A stretch of DNA of 63,646 bases, the filler included, from Olpidium bornovanus S191 (Eukaryota > Fungi > Olpidiomycota), in assembly GCA_017911155.1 (NCBI GenBank). It is 25 parts of 25 records of this genome, joined end to end, with 100 filler letters (N's around TTAATTAATTAA, not from the genome) between each part and the next. Parts side by side here need not be neighbours in the genome. Positions count along the whole stretch, not along the records: positions 1 to 3,323 come from JAEFCI010011863.1; positions 3,424 to 6,476 come from JAEFCI010005903.1; positions 6,577 to 8,594 come from JAEFCI010012097.1; positions 8,695 to 10,872 come from JAEFCI010001031.1; positions 10,973 to 12,610 come from JAEFCI010000497.1; positions 12,711 to 13,822 come from JAEFCI010013335.1; 19 more parts are not named here. One strand, written 5' to 3'. The notes beneath the pieces are model-generated. The model worked only from the letters and a program-made list of their open reading frames with translations, searched no databases and was not told the origin of the DNA. Each line of letters starts with the position of its first letter. The first letter of the stretch is position 1. A program made the position numbers and the translations under genes. Below are positions 1-13,580 of the stretch, in pieces.

Positions 1-37
<37 letters not shown>

Positions 38-43
38 AACCAG

Positions 44-772
44 TTCGACGGGGGCAACCTCCTGGTCTCGTCTTCGCGCGACAACACCGTCCGGATATGG
101 AGGATGGATACCGGCGTCATCCTGTACGTGCTCGGAATCTTCTTCTCTCCCGCCCTGTGCCTGCACCTTGCCCCGGCGCACGACGGCCGCCTGGCCCTGG
201 CCGCTGGCTACGCAGACGGCAGCGTGAGGGCGTGGCGGGCCGCCGCCGGCTCAGAGATAGGCTCGTGGTCTCCTCCCTCGCGGCGCGGCGGCCCTTCTTC
301 GGGATCCTACGCGTCGGCCGTCCACTGCCTCCAGATCATCTCGTCGCCCGAGCCTCACGTCACCTGCGAGGCCATGGAGCGCAAGGTTTCGCCGCTGCCG
401 CCTTTCCTGGTCGCCGTAGGAACCGCGGACGGCTGGACCCGCGTGCTGGACCTGAACGAGGGCGACATACCCCTCATGAACGTCCAAGCTGACGTCTTCT
501 CCGTCTACTCCCTGGAAGTCGCGAGAACCGGCCGGTGGCTGGACGATCTCGAGACGATGGAGGCGGGCCAGGAGTGTCGGCGGCGGATCGCCACGACGCC
601 CGGCCACCCGGCCCCTGCCGACCTCCGAACCGTCGGCATGGAGGGCGTCCGGCGCGGCTGGGTCCTCCGCGACGGCGGCAAGTGCACCGGCGTCGAGCGC
701 AACGCCGACACCGACCTCCTGGCTCTTGCCGCATACTCATCGTACATAGAGCTGTCGGCAGCTGTGGCGTAG
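44..772 (+). CDS. WD40-repeat protein, C-terminal exon (partial)
   Basis: A CTAAC branch point and CAG acceptor at 36-43 precede FDGGNLLVSSSRDNTVRIWR, LAAGYADGSVRAW and VAVGTADGWTRVLD (WD40 motifs). Open to stop at 772. Confidence 0.75.
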   Translation, partial: FDGGNLLVSSSRDNTVRIWRMDTGVILYVLGIFFSPALCLHLAPAHDGRLALAAGYADGSVRAWRAAAGSEIGSWSPPSRRGGPSSGSYASAVHCLQIISSPEPHVTCEAMERKVSPLPPFLVAVGTADGWTRVLDLNEGDIPLMNVQADVFSVYSLEVARTGRWLDDLETMEAGQECRRRIATTPGHPAPADLRTVGMEGVRRGWVLRDGGKCTGVERNADTDLLALAAYSSYIELSAAVA

Positions 773-1071
773 AGAGGCGGCGCGATATTATAGTTTGAAG
801 TGTCGGGAGACGCCGAACGCAGGAAATTGCGGTTTTCTCGGGGCCTGGCCCGGGGGCGTCTGCTCCAAGCAAAACGGCGAAGATATGGGGACACTCCGGC
901 GACCGGGGGAAAAAATGCGACAAACCGGGCGGAGGGAAGCTCTTCCCTTCTCCCATCCGTCGCCGTTTCCCTCTCTGCCCGCTTCCTCCCAACCAGTACG
1001 TTTACACAACGCGGCTGACCGTTGGCCGCCGGTTTCCATTTCTATTATCGTCTTACTAACCCTGCAGCACT

Positions 1072-2169
1072 TCAGCTGTCGACCTTGCCGCACTTCGCCG
1101 CGCGGTCGGCCCACAGCTTCCGAATGCCGGGGACGTGCCCGCGGCCGACGACGGCCACGACCTTCAGCTGTTCTCCCTCCGGCACCCTGGCGCCGGCCCG
1201 GTCGGTTCCGGAAGCCACGTGCCACAGCCTCTCGAACATGTGTGCGTCGCGCGGGACGACCAGGTGCTGGTGCCACGGGGTCCCGAGCTCCTTGTCGACG
1301 AGGTGTGCGCGTTCCGTCTGCTCCGGGTCGTAGCAGCGCTGGGCGAGGCTCAAGGCGGGGAAACACAGTCCCGGCCAGAGCCGTGGAAGCGGCCGCCGGT
1401 AGTAGTCCCCTTCGTTCATGCCGGACGCCTCGGCGTGGCGGCGTATCCACAGGCGGACAAGGGACGCGTCAGACCACCTCGCGTCCGCGTTGTGGCGCGT
1501 CCGCAGCTCCTGGTGCCGAACCGCCGGGACGTCCAGGGACACGACCTCCGCGGAGACTTCGTCCGCCGCGCCGACGCCGCTCCACACCTCCCACCCGATC
1601 GGCCTGGTACCGGACAACAGCATTTTGAAGTACACGGTGGGCGGCAAGCCGGTCAGGAGCAACCTCCCCGTGTTCGCGACGACCGCCTTGCGGAACGAGG
1701 TGAGGACCTTCGGCGCCCACGCCGGCCGGCCGGCGCCGCCGCCGCCGCCGCCGTCGTCGTCGTCGTCGTACGGGAGGTCGGCGAGGTGGCGGCATGCCCG
1801 CCGCGCGCCGTCGGGGTGGGCGTCCTCGTCCTGCTCGACGGCGACCACGTGCGGGCGGACCAGCCGGACGAGTTCGCGGACGTACAGAGCCAGGACGGAG
1901 TCGCTGTGCTCGGTGCCGAGCAGGAAGACGCGGGCGCCCGTGCCGGGGTGGACGAGCGGGTGGTCGACGGCGTACCGGAACCACAGCCACCGGACGTCCC
2001 GCCGCAGCCGCGCCAGGTGGCCCGGCGGCGACGCGCGGGGCGGCGGCGGCGGCGGGCGGGCAAGAGGAGGAGGAGCGTCGTAGACGCACGAGGGCCGCGG
2101 CGGCGGCGGCCGGCCCCACCACGGTCCCGACGACGGGGAGGAAGCGCAGGAGGACGGCTGCTGGCCCAT
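1072..2169 (-). CDS. TraB/TIKI-domain (TRABD-like) protein
   Basis: Motifs VFLLGTEH, RPHVVAVE, VVSLDVP, PRDAHMFERL and VVAVVGRGHVPGI match the TraB/PrgY/GumN pattern (GTxH...VxE...RD/N..M...VVGxGH). Confidence 0.75.
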   Translation of the reverse strand: MGQQPSSCASSPSSGPWWGRPPPPRPSCVYDAPPPLARPPPPPPRASPPGHLARLRRDVRWLWFRYAVDHPLVHPGTGARVFLLGTEHSDSVLALYVRELVRLVRPHVVAVEQDEDAHPDGARRACRHLADLPYDDDDDGGGGGGAGRPAWAPKVLTSFRKAVVANTGRLLLTGLPPTVYFKMLLSGTRPIGWEVWSGVGAADEVSAEVVSLDVPAVRHQELRTRHNADARWSDASLVRLWIRRHAEASGMNEGDYYRRPLPRLWPGLCFPALSLAQRCYDPEQTERAHLVDKELGTPWHQHLVVPRDAHMFERLWHVASGTDRAGARVPEGEQLKVVAVVGRGHVPGIRKLWADRAAKCGKVDS

Positions 2170-2473
2170 GGCGGCTGTTTTCGCGAGGAGGAGGAGGAGG
2201 AGGGGGGGAGCGCCGTCCTCCGGCCGCCGCCGCCGCCGCTTGCCTGTTAATTGAGGCTGGGCGGCGGGCGGCGCGGGCGGCGCGGGCGGGGGAAGAAGGT
2301 CCGGGTGGCGGAGGGGCGCGGGGGGGTTCGTTTACGCAACGGCGGGTGGCGGGGAAGGTCTCGCCGGTTGGTTGTTGGTTGTGGTTTTGCTTTTTTTTTG
2401 TTTATTTCCGAACCGATATTAGGTTAGGGTCTTCCGAAGTTTTTTGTTTCTCGTTTTTCGCAGAAGTGTCACG

Positions 2474-2525
2474 CCACGTGACTGCAGCCTTACGCCACGT
2501 GACGGCAATCCTTAGCCCACGTGAC
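2474..2525. promoter_or_regulatory. Three phased CCACGTGAC (GTCACGTGG) E-box / Cbf1-type sites
   Basis: Exact 9-mers at 2474-2482, 2495-2503 and 2517-2525 (spacing 21 and 22 nt), upstream of the minus-strand TraB gene. Confidence 0.55.
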
Positions 2526-2664
2526 CGTAAGCACCCGTCCTTCCTCCGTTGGCGGCAATGCGCGCGCTCGCATCTTTTTTTAGTTTTGATTTTTTTTTTT
2601 TTTTTTTTCGCTCAGCCCGGCCCGTAACTTTTTTCTCTCTCTCTCTCCCTTCCCCCCTTGGCGC

Positions 2665-2701
<37 letters not shown>

Positions 2702-2867
2702 GAAAGCCGTTCTTTCCTCCCGCGTTTGCCCACAAAATCCTTCCGTCAGGATGTTGACAACGGCGTTTTGCCGGAAGACGCCGCCGCCCGTATCAAGCGA
2801 GCTCGTCAGGAACCCCTCCCCCCGACGTGCGACCGTCGTCAAACATCGATCATACCTTTACTGACAC

Positions 2868-2897
2868 TTAGGGTTAAGGTTAGGGTTAGGGTTGGGG
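2868..2897 (+). repeat. Short interstitial telomere-like repeat (TTAGGG-type, 5 degenerate units)
   Basis: TTAGGG TTAAGG TTAGGG TTAGGG TTGGGG. Confidence 0.55.
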
Positions 2898-3241
2898 GGG
2901 GGGGAGAGAAAAGACGCTCCCACGGGATCCGTGTCCGCGGCGGCGGAGGGAGGAGAGAAAAAAAAAAAGCCATTTTTCTTTTCTCCTCCAGGGCGCGCTG
3001 CCGGTTCCCCCCGACCCAGATTTTCCAACTAGTAGGGGGGGAATACGTTTGCGCGCCGGATTTTCTTTTCACAATGAAAATCCATTTTCTTCTTTTTTCT
3101 TTTTAAAAAAAAATGTTTGGGCGTCGCAGCGATGCCCGCCGCCCCGCGAGACGCCACGAGGAGTGCGAGTGCGCACGCAAAAAAGCGGGTTTTCTTCGTT
3201 CTCGCGCACCTCCGTCGGATTACCTGTCGGGTGGGAGGGGC

Positions 3242-3312
<71 letters not shown>

Positions 3313-3322
3313 AAAAAAAAAA

Positions 3323-3423
3323 ANNNNNNNNNNNNNNNNNNNNNNNNNNNNNNNNNNNNNNNNNNNNTTAATTAATTAANNNNNNNNNNNNNNNNNNNNN
3401 NNNNNNNNNNNNNNNNNNNNNNN
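3323..3423. other. Artificial contig-joining spacer (N-run + TTAATTAATTAA + N-run); first of 24, starting near 3323, 6477, 8595, 10873, 12611, 13823, 14990, 19264, 20415, 22612, 35068, 36400, 38319, 40142, 44405, 47114, 49170, 50286, 51596, 52876, 54852, 58910, 61248, 62423
   Basis: The same 12-mer, giving stops in all six frames, sits between N-runs every time. This is a standard pseudomolecule linker. Confidence 0.98.
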
Positions 3424-3740
3424 ACCCTCGATGTTGTCTGATTCGATCAACGTAAGATTAATGGCCATGGCACGCGAGAACGCGGAGCCCCGCGTGGTAA
3501 CCGCGCGGGAAGGGACCGGACGCACCGCGTCGACAGACGCGACGTCGAGGGACGGCTTGTGCCGTTGAACTGCCCTCCGCTCGACGTCGACGAGCATAAA
3601 TAGCGTCCCTTCCACTCCGTAGCTCGACTTCGACCCTAGACAACCTTACCAGACCGAACTTTACCTGAACTAGCTTTTCCCTTTCAAACTGCACTGTCAG
3701 CCCTCGTCACCTTACCTGTAGCACCGCCTCAGACCTGACA
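3424..3740 (+). mobile_element. 3' part of an LTR, apparently inserted antisense just after the gag of the neighbouring element
   Basis: ATAAATA TATA-like box near 3596, then a pyrimidine-rich R/U5-like tract ending in ...GACCTGACA at 3740. The gag ORF terminates inside it. Left end lost at the gap. Confidence 0.45.
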
Positions 3741-4938
3741 AGGAGAGGAATAGACGCAGAACCTTGCCGCAGTACACCGGCGGTGCAGGCGACGTGGAGC
3801 CCTGATTCTTTTGCCTTCTTCGGCTCCTCTGCTGTTATGGTGGGCTCGATTTTCTTGCCCTTTTCTTTCTTTGGGGAGCGGCAGTTGCGCGCTATGTGTC
3901 CCATTTTGCTACAATTGTAGCACTTGACACTTTTGAGGTCCCCTTTCTTTGCGGCTTCCCCAGCAGTGCCTGCGCCATTGACGGGAGTGAAAGTGGAGGC
4001 TTTCTTGGTCCCTCCGCTCATCACTCGTAGGTCACGCCTGGCAGCTTCTTGGACTGCTCCGAGGTCATCCAGGGCGGGCACCATCTGCATGACGCTGCGC
4101 CGCATGTCCACGGGTAGTCCCATATGGAACTTGATTATCCACGTGTGCTCATCCCTTGGGGTTGGATGTTCCATGTAGAGTGCATTGAACGTCTCAATGA
4201 ATTTCTCGAAGTCGTTGCCGCAGCTCTGCTGGCTTATCTCCATCAGCTTAGCTGTTGCTGCTTGGAGATGCTCCCTCGGGTGGAAGTTTTTGGTGAGCGC
4301 GTCTCGGAGTTCCTCCCAACGTTTCCACAGTAGTGCGGTCCCCCGCGGGTGCATCCTCGCATGGTTTTGCCAAAGCGTAGCGGCTTGACCTACGAGTCTG
4401 TTGACAGCCAAGTCCAGTGTTTCCTCGCTGCTAACCCAGCTTGTTCGGCGGCCATTTCCAGCTTGGTGATGAAGTTGGTCAGTGCTGCTGCGCCTCCGGT
4501 ACGTCGAGATTGCTCCCAACAATGTCCACGCCAAGAGAGTGTTGAGGTTTCCCTCCGGAGGCTGTGACCGCTCGTGTTCTTGCTTACTGCCGTGGTAGGC
4601 AGTAGTGTTCAGGTCATCATTGAGGAACCCTTCCACGCGTTCCGCGCAAACACGCTCTTTGTGGCGGAGCCATCTCGGTCATCCTGGACGGAGTTTACTT
4701 GGTCGTCCTCTTTTTCCTCTTCTTCTGCTTGGAGAAGGGCGGCTTCCATGTCCTTCATGCGTTCCTCTGCTCGCTCTCGTTGGGCTTTCTCCCGCGCCAG
4801 CCTTTGACGTAGGTCCTTGAGCTCCTCCTGGTGACGCTGCTCCGTTTCCTCTGTCATGTGGCGTTCCCGGAGCGCCTTCACGGAGTCCTTGATTGTCCTT
4901 GACCGCCTTGAGGTCGTGGACGCGGTCGTGCTCCGCAT
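3707..4938 (-). mobile_element. gag: LTR-retrotransposon gag (Retrotrans_gag-like domain + CCHC zinc knuckle), frameshifted
   Basis: LVGQAATLW...WEELRDALTKNF...KLMEISQ...FIETFNAL...KFHMGL, then CYNCSKMGHIARNC (CX2CX4HX4C). A coiled-coil N-terminal part lies in another frame (4609-4938). Confidence 0.85.
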
Positions 4939-5080
4939 GCGTCATACGCCTGGAGGTGTGTACAGTGGCGTCGTGCTTTCGCCCGCGAGTTCTCTTCCTT
5001 CCACGCTTGCTTCTCTCTTTTCCCTGGTTCTGCTTTGGACGGAGAGGAGGCGGTAGTTCTCTTCTTTGGAGTCGCGGGTT

Positions 5081-5293
5081 GGGCTCATAACCTGAACGAC
5101 AGACATGGGACCAAAAAAGACAAAGGAATCCGAGTGCGCAATGGAGGGACCAAGGATGGAGGGGCGGAGACGGCAGACGCCGGACGGCGGATGGCGGGGA
5201 CGCTGGAGACTGCACTGCGCGGTTCGGAACGCTGTAGAGTTTCTACAAACTTTCCGTTTGTTTTTTGTATGGCGTCGGCGTGCGGGATTTACA
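5081..5293 (-). mobile_element. 5' LTR (~5093-5293, TGTAAAT...GTTCA) with primer-binding site GGTTATGAGCCC (5081-5092)
   Basis: The minus strand reads ...TCA-GGTTATGAGCCC directly upstream of gag. This is the Ty5/copia-type half-tRNAiMet PBS. The LTR 5' boundary is inferred from the TG start. Confidence 0.65.
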
Positions 5294-6086
5294 GGGGGAA
5301 GAAAGGAGGGATGATTCCCGCAGGAGTCTGCACTGCCGGCCACGTCCGACCCCCTTTCCCCCTTTTTTCCAACATCTCCGGCTTTTCTCTCCGGGCGAGC
5401 GGGGGGAGGGGCACGCACAGGCAAGGGGCGAAGGGGGCGAAAATTCCGCGAGGGGGGAGGGCGGGGCGGCGAGGAGAGAGGGGGGGGGAGGGACTCACAG
5501 CGAAAAGCAAAACAGAAACACCAAAACCATCTCCCCATCCCCCTCCCCCCAAGCCGTGACGAAAAAGGTACGTCGAGAGCGCCTCTTGCCCGTGCGCTTC
5601 GGCTGTTCCCTTCCGGCTCGGCCCGTCCCGTCGCGTGCAGACGCGGAGGCTCAGGTGCGGCGGCCGCCGCACGACGCTTCCCCCTTCCCATCTGCGGCGT
5701 TTGGAGCGGAAGCCCCGTCGCTTGAGGGAAGGGGAGAGGGACGCGCCACAGGGTCAGGCGGCGGGATGGGGCTGGAGTCAACATGCTTGCGGCCCCCCCC
5801 CCATTAGTCGCGGAGTGTTCCGCATGGCCGACACGGCGGTTGAACGCGCGGTACCGCCGCATGTAGCCAAGTTGCTGGCCGTCCGCATCCGTGCGCCGGA
5901 GGAATAATCGCGAGCTTGCACTCGTTTGCCTTCCGCCTGCGGAATACCCTCCGGGGCCGGGACATTTGACACCGGGAATTTTACCTGCCAGGCGTTCCCT
6001 CTTCCGTTTCTTACTTCTCCTGCCGAAATAACGCCCACCATTTTGGTCTTGCTTCGCGCCTCGTCGCTGGGATCGCGTTAGCGGAA

Positions 6087-6320
6087 ATGGCGGCGACCAC
6101 GGCTGCCAAGCGGGAGAACGAGGTCGAAGTTGTCGACGAGGCTGAGAAAGTAGACACTGCGTCTGACTCGGACGATGTTGCGGAGGGAGCTGAGGGGTCG
6201 AATGAGGCACACGGGAACGCCCAGAGCCGTGCTGAAAAGAAGGCTCGCAAGGCCCTTTCTAAACTCGGCTTAAAGCCCGTTCCCGGTATTACCAGAGTTG
6301 CCATCCGGCGCCCGAGGAAC
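6087..6320 (+). CDS. EGD2: Nascent polypeptide-associated complex alpha subunit, first exon (truncated by gap)
   Basis: [33 protein letters not shown] is the NAC-alpha signature. GTGAGT donor at 6321. Confidence 0.93.
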
Positions 6321-6576
6321 GTGAGTATTTATCGTGGCCACGAGACAACTAGTAGCCTTACAACCCGGCGTAGTTCGACCGATATTCTGTCCGCTTTCGG
6401 TTTTATTTTTCTGCTCGAAACCAAAATTTTCGAGAGGTAACCAGGCGATTCCGGGCTCTGACGTGTTGTGCGCATGNNNNNNNNNNNNNNNNNNNNNNNN
6501 NNNNNNNNNNNNNNNNNNNNTTAATTAATTAANNNNNNNNNNNNNNNNNNNNNNNNNNNNNNNNNNNNNNNNNNNN

Positions 6577-7625
<1,049 letters not shown>

Positions 7626-7848
7626 TGCTTTTTTCTGCGAAACGGTGCGGGCCGGGTCGGTTCCAAATCGAAACAGGAGCATTTGGCAGCCCGTCGACGA
7701 AGCGGCGGGGTGACGGGGGGGGTGGAGGGGAAGAGGTTAGCAAGCGCGACCCAATACTCGCTTTCCTCCCCTGGCTTCTCTTCCAGGTGGAGCCCGCAGC
7801 GTACCCGCGTTGACGAGGCTGTGACGGGGTTTTTCCCGAGGTTTGTTT

Positions 7849-7884
<36 letters not shown>

Positions 7885-8314
7885 GCGCCGCTTTCTCGCG
7901 GTATTTTGCCGCCGCCGCTCTCTCTGAGGTGGCGCTCGAACTTCTCAGGGAAGAATTAAAAAAAAAAAAAAAAAAAATGAAACGGAAAATTTTTGGATTG
8001 CGGGTGGGGAACACGCGCGCACCGCAATTTTTTTTTTTTCTTTTTCTTCTGAGCCGCCACCCAGAACAACAACGCGACCCAAAGGAAAAAAAAACAAAAA
8101 AAAAAAAAAAAAAGAAAACGAGGGAGGGGTCCGGTCGAAGAACGAGTGACATGCGGCCCTCGGCGCTCCCGTGACGAACGGGGCGCGCGCGCAAAACGAG
8201 AGAGCGCGCGCCGGTCGGCGAAGTCACGCGCAGGCCTGTACCGGCTGCAATCTGGTGACCCGCAACAAGAAGCCCGCCGGCCCCCCGTTTTTTTTTTTTA
8301 TCCATTTCACCCCG

Positions 8315-8315
<1 letters not shown>

Positions 8316-8352
<37 letters not shown>
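8316..8352. repeat. (GT)n microsatellite
   Basis: Perfect GT dinucleotide run. Confidence 0.9.
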
Positions 8353-8357
<5 letters not shown>

Positions 8358-8551
8358 GCGTGTGTGCGTGCGTCGGCGGGAAAGGGAAGGGAAGGGAAGG
8401 GAGTGGGTGGGTGGGGGGGGAAGGCAAAAGAGAAGGCGGTTTACTCGCGGCGAAGGAACCGCGCGCCGCCTTGACGAAAACAAGCAAAGAAAAAAAAGAA
8501 AAAACTTCCCTCTCTGCGGAAAGCGAACCCAAACTCTCTTCTTCTCCTTCT

Positions 8552-8585
<34 letters not shown>

Positions 8586-8694
8586 CCCCAAAAGNNNNNN
8601 NNNNNNNNNNNNNNNNNNNNNNNNNNNNNNNNNNNNNNTTAATTAATTAANNNNNNNNNNNNNNNNNNNNNNNNNNNNNNNNNNNNNNNNNNNN

Positions 8695-10767
<2,073 letters not shown>

Positions 10768-10836
10768 TTATGTCGGAAGCAGAACGAGGTCAGCCCAAAC
10801 GACGTACTGGAAGCGTCGAAAATCGAGATGGCTGAC

Positions 10837-10872
<36 letters not shown>

Positions 10873-12047
10873 NNNNNNNNNNNNNNNNNNNNNNNNNNNN
10901 NNNNNNNNNNNNNNNNTTAATTAATTAANNNNNNNNNNNNNNNNNNNNNNNNNNNNNNNNNNNNNNNNNNNNAACTGTCCCGCCCCCCCCCTTTTTTTTC
11001 CTTTCTTTATACTGCGACAGCGGTTTGTCCCGCAGAGTGCCCCGGCGAGTTTTTCAACAGGGCGGCACAGGCCGTCGTTTGGACTTTCCATGTTGCTTTA
11101 CTGCGGGCGCACCATCGCCTTATTGTAAATCCCGAGACGATGGCAGCCCGTTTCGTTTCCGCCCCTCACGTTCTGTTCGTCCGGCCCGCTTGTTCGAGGA
11201 GAGAGCGTCGCGCCCCCAAGCGGCGCGGACTCCCGCGTCGTCGGAAACTACGGCAACTGAGACAAGCCGACAAACAGGTGTCTTTTTTTTCCGTTTTACT
11301 TCCATACGCCCGGAGCCCCGTCCCGTCCTCCTCGCCCCATGCCAACCGTCTGCGCTGCCGCGCCTTCCACAAAACGCGTGGTGTGAACGCGGGGGGTTGG
11401 GGAAGGGTTTATTTAGGGGCGCCGGAGGCGGCAGGTGCGCGCGCAAGCGGAAGGGGAGCGGCGCGCGAGTGACGTCACACGGCGTCGCAGAAGCGCGGTT
11501 GCGCTTTCCAGCTCGGGAGGAAGTGTCGGCTCCTGCTGGGCGCCTGCGTTCAAGATCTGGGTTCAAAGGTTCTATGAGAAGCCGTTGTCGGCGATGGATA
11601 GGCCCCAGCGCGCGCGACGACCGATGCGCCGCGCGCGATCGACGCCGCGAGGAGGGCGATAACTGAGAGAGCGAGAGGCGGGAAAAAGAGTTAGTTCATC
11701 CGAAAAGCGAAGGCCCCTCCCCCGCCATTTGCTTCGATTTGTTTTAATTTACACCTCCCGAGACCGCGCATAAAAGGGGCCCGCGCGTGCGAACCCACAA
11801 GCAGACCGCGCTTCGTAGCCACCCCGTTTTTTTTGAAATAAAAGGAGAATAAACTCGGTGCACCAGCACCAACGAAGGTCCGCCGGGCCCTGTTTCTCAG
11901 CATCAATCCCTCGACACCCGTCTCGGCAGCGTCGGCCGCCGCGCGGGGGTCGAAGCGCGATCGCCCGCCCGTTTCTTCGTCGAACCGCCTCGCGAGCGTT
12001 CGCCGCGTCGGCGGTGTCGGTTCGAGAGCGGTCGCCGAGCCGTGCAA

Positions 12048-12448
12048 AGGAGTGAAGCACGTCCCGTGACCGCACGACCGTCCCGCGCCCTCGGCGGGCC
12101 CGAAGCCGGCCACCCCTGCCACTCCGTCAATTCTCGCCCGACCGCGGGCGTCGTGAGGGACGACACCGTGGTAAGGCTCCATTTATGCGCACGGGCGCGG
12201 GCGCTCCCGCGTGTGCTCTGCGTGTGAGCTTGCCGCGCTGGTGTGTCCCGTTGTGCGGGATTACCGTGCGTTTGTGCCCATCGTGTGGGAACTCCGCGTG
12301 TGTGGAGACCCCACACGTGTGGAACGCGGTAATTCTCCAACGGGAAATCACACGTGACTGAAAGGAAACCAGGCACACCGGCTGGTGTGGGGAGCACTGC
12401 AGCTCACGTGGCGTCCCGTCACTTCGTGCGCCCCGTCAACACACTCCT
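12048..12448 (+). ncRNA. Candidate structured RNA or fold-back element (unassigned family)
   Basis: Ten nested complementary segments, with G-U pairs favouring the + strand, and no recognisable protein. See findings. Confidence 0.4.
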
Positions 12449-13410
12449 GCGTTGCCGGGACGCCGTGTGCGTGCCAACACACACGTACCTTGGGCGATAT
12501 CCGCACACCCGCGACACCTCGTTGCACGACAGCCAGCCCAATTTGAAACGCAGAATGTCATCATCTCGGTGTCAGCCCCTCCTCCAGCAAAGAAAGTGCC
12601 AAAATCCATGNNNNNNNNNNNNNNNNNNNNNNNNNNNNNNNNNNNNNNNNNNNNTTAATTAATTAANNNNNNNNNNNNNNNNNNNNNNNNNNNNNNNNNN
12701 NNNNNNNNNNCTCCCGCTGGTCAATGTCGGCTCAGGGGCTATTCGTGGCCGCGACGGAGCTGGCGACGGCTCCCGGCTTCGACCGGAAGCAGGCCGGAAC
12801 GCTGGCCTGGGTGGCAGCGGCTGCCGCCATGTCCATCGCCAGTGCCGCCTTCAGTTACCACGATAGCCCCTGGGCGCCGGTTTGCGCGGCGTTTTGCTCG
12901 CCGTCTGCCTCATGTGGCCCCCCCCCCCTCTCTGGCTGGCGTTTCACGATATAATAGATGCTCCTGACCCCCCAATTACATCTTTCCTCCGCGAGTTTCT
13001 CATTTTCCTCTCGTGTTCTACATTTCCTGCGGCCCGCAAATCCATTTTTTTTCTTCTTTTTTCACCAGAAAATAGAAGCCAAAAATGAACTTCCGGGAGT
13101 GTCTAAGGGTTTTTCTGAGCATTAACCACCTCCTGCATCAAACAAACCATTCGTTTCGGAAAAACGAATGTCTTCCTCTTTTCCGCCACCAGCACCCCTT
13201 CCACCTCCTTCCCCCACAAAGCTCTCCTGCACCGGGGGCGGGGGGTGAGAAAGCTGCGGGCAGTGGGCATCTTGCGCCGTTGATCACTGACCAGGCACCG
13301 CACGCAGAGCACGTGCCCGCACGCCAGCCGGATTCGGCTAAATGAGATGGCTTTTTGTCGGGGTTGGAAGCGGGCGGGAGGAGCGCGGTGGCGGCATCGA
13401 GAACGGGGGG

Positions 13411-13580
13411 GAAGGGGAGTGTTTCGGAACTACGCCCGCGAGGAGGATTTTCCCGCCCGCTAATTCCCTCACCCACCGCCCCGGGCCGAGGGAGGGAAGG
13501 GGAGTGTTCGGAACATGACGACCGCGAGGATGATTTTCCCGCCCGTCAATAACCTCATGCAGCGCCCCGGGCCGAAGGCG
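13411..13580. repeat. Degenerate tandem duplication, ~85-bp unit x2
   Basis: GAAGGGGAGTGTT(T)CGGAAC...CCGCGAGGA.GATTTTCCCGCCCG...GCCCCGGGCCGA starts at 13411 and again at 13496. Confidence 0.8.

Noticed and set aside
2512-3379. ORFs rich in poly-Lys, poly-Phe, poly-Pro or poly-Gly (also near 7622-8650, 13875-14416 and 50330-50886)
   Set aside because: These are translations of A/T/G/C homopolymer runs in introns and intergenic DNA. No domain, and run lengths are unreliable.
12358-12370. CTGAAAGGAAAC as a hammerhead ribozyme core within the structured region
   Set aside because: The core needs CUGAnGA; G8 is A here and no helix II or cleavage triplet fits.
12048-12448. Telomerase RNA, SRP RNA or RNase P/MRP identity for the structured region
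   Set aside because: No CTAACCC template, no SRP helix-8 CAGG/GNRA/AGCA motif and no P4 CR-I/CR-V motifs were seen.
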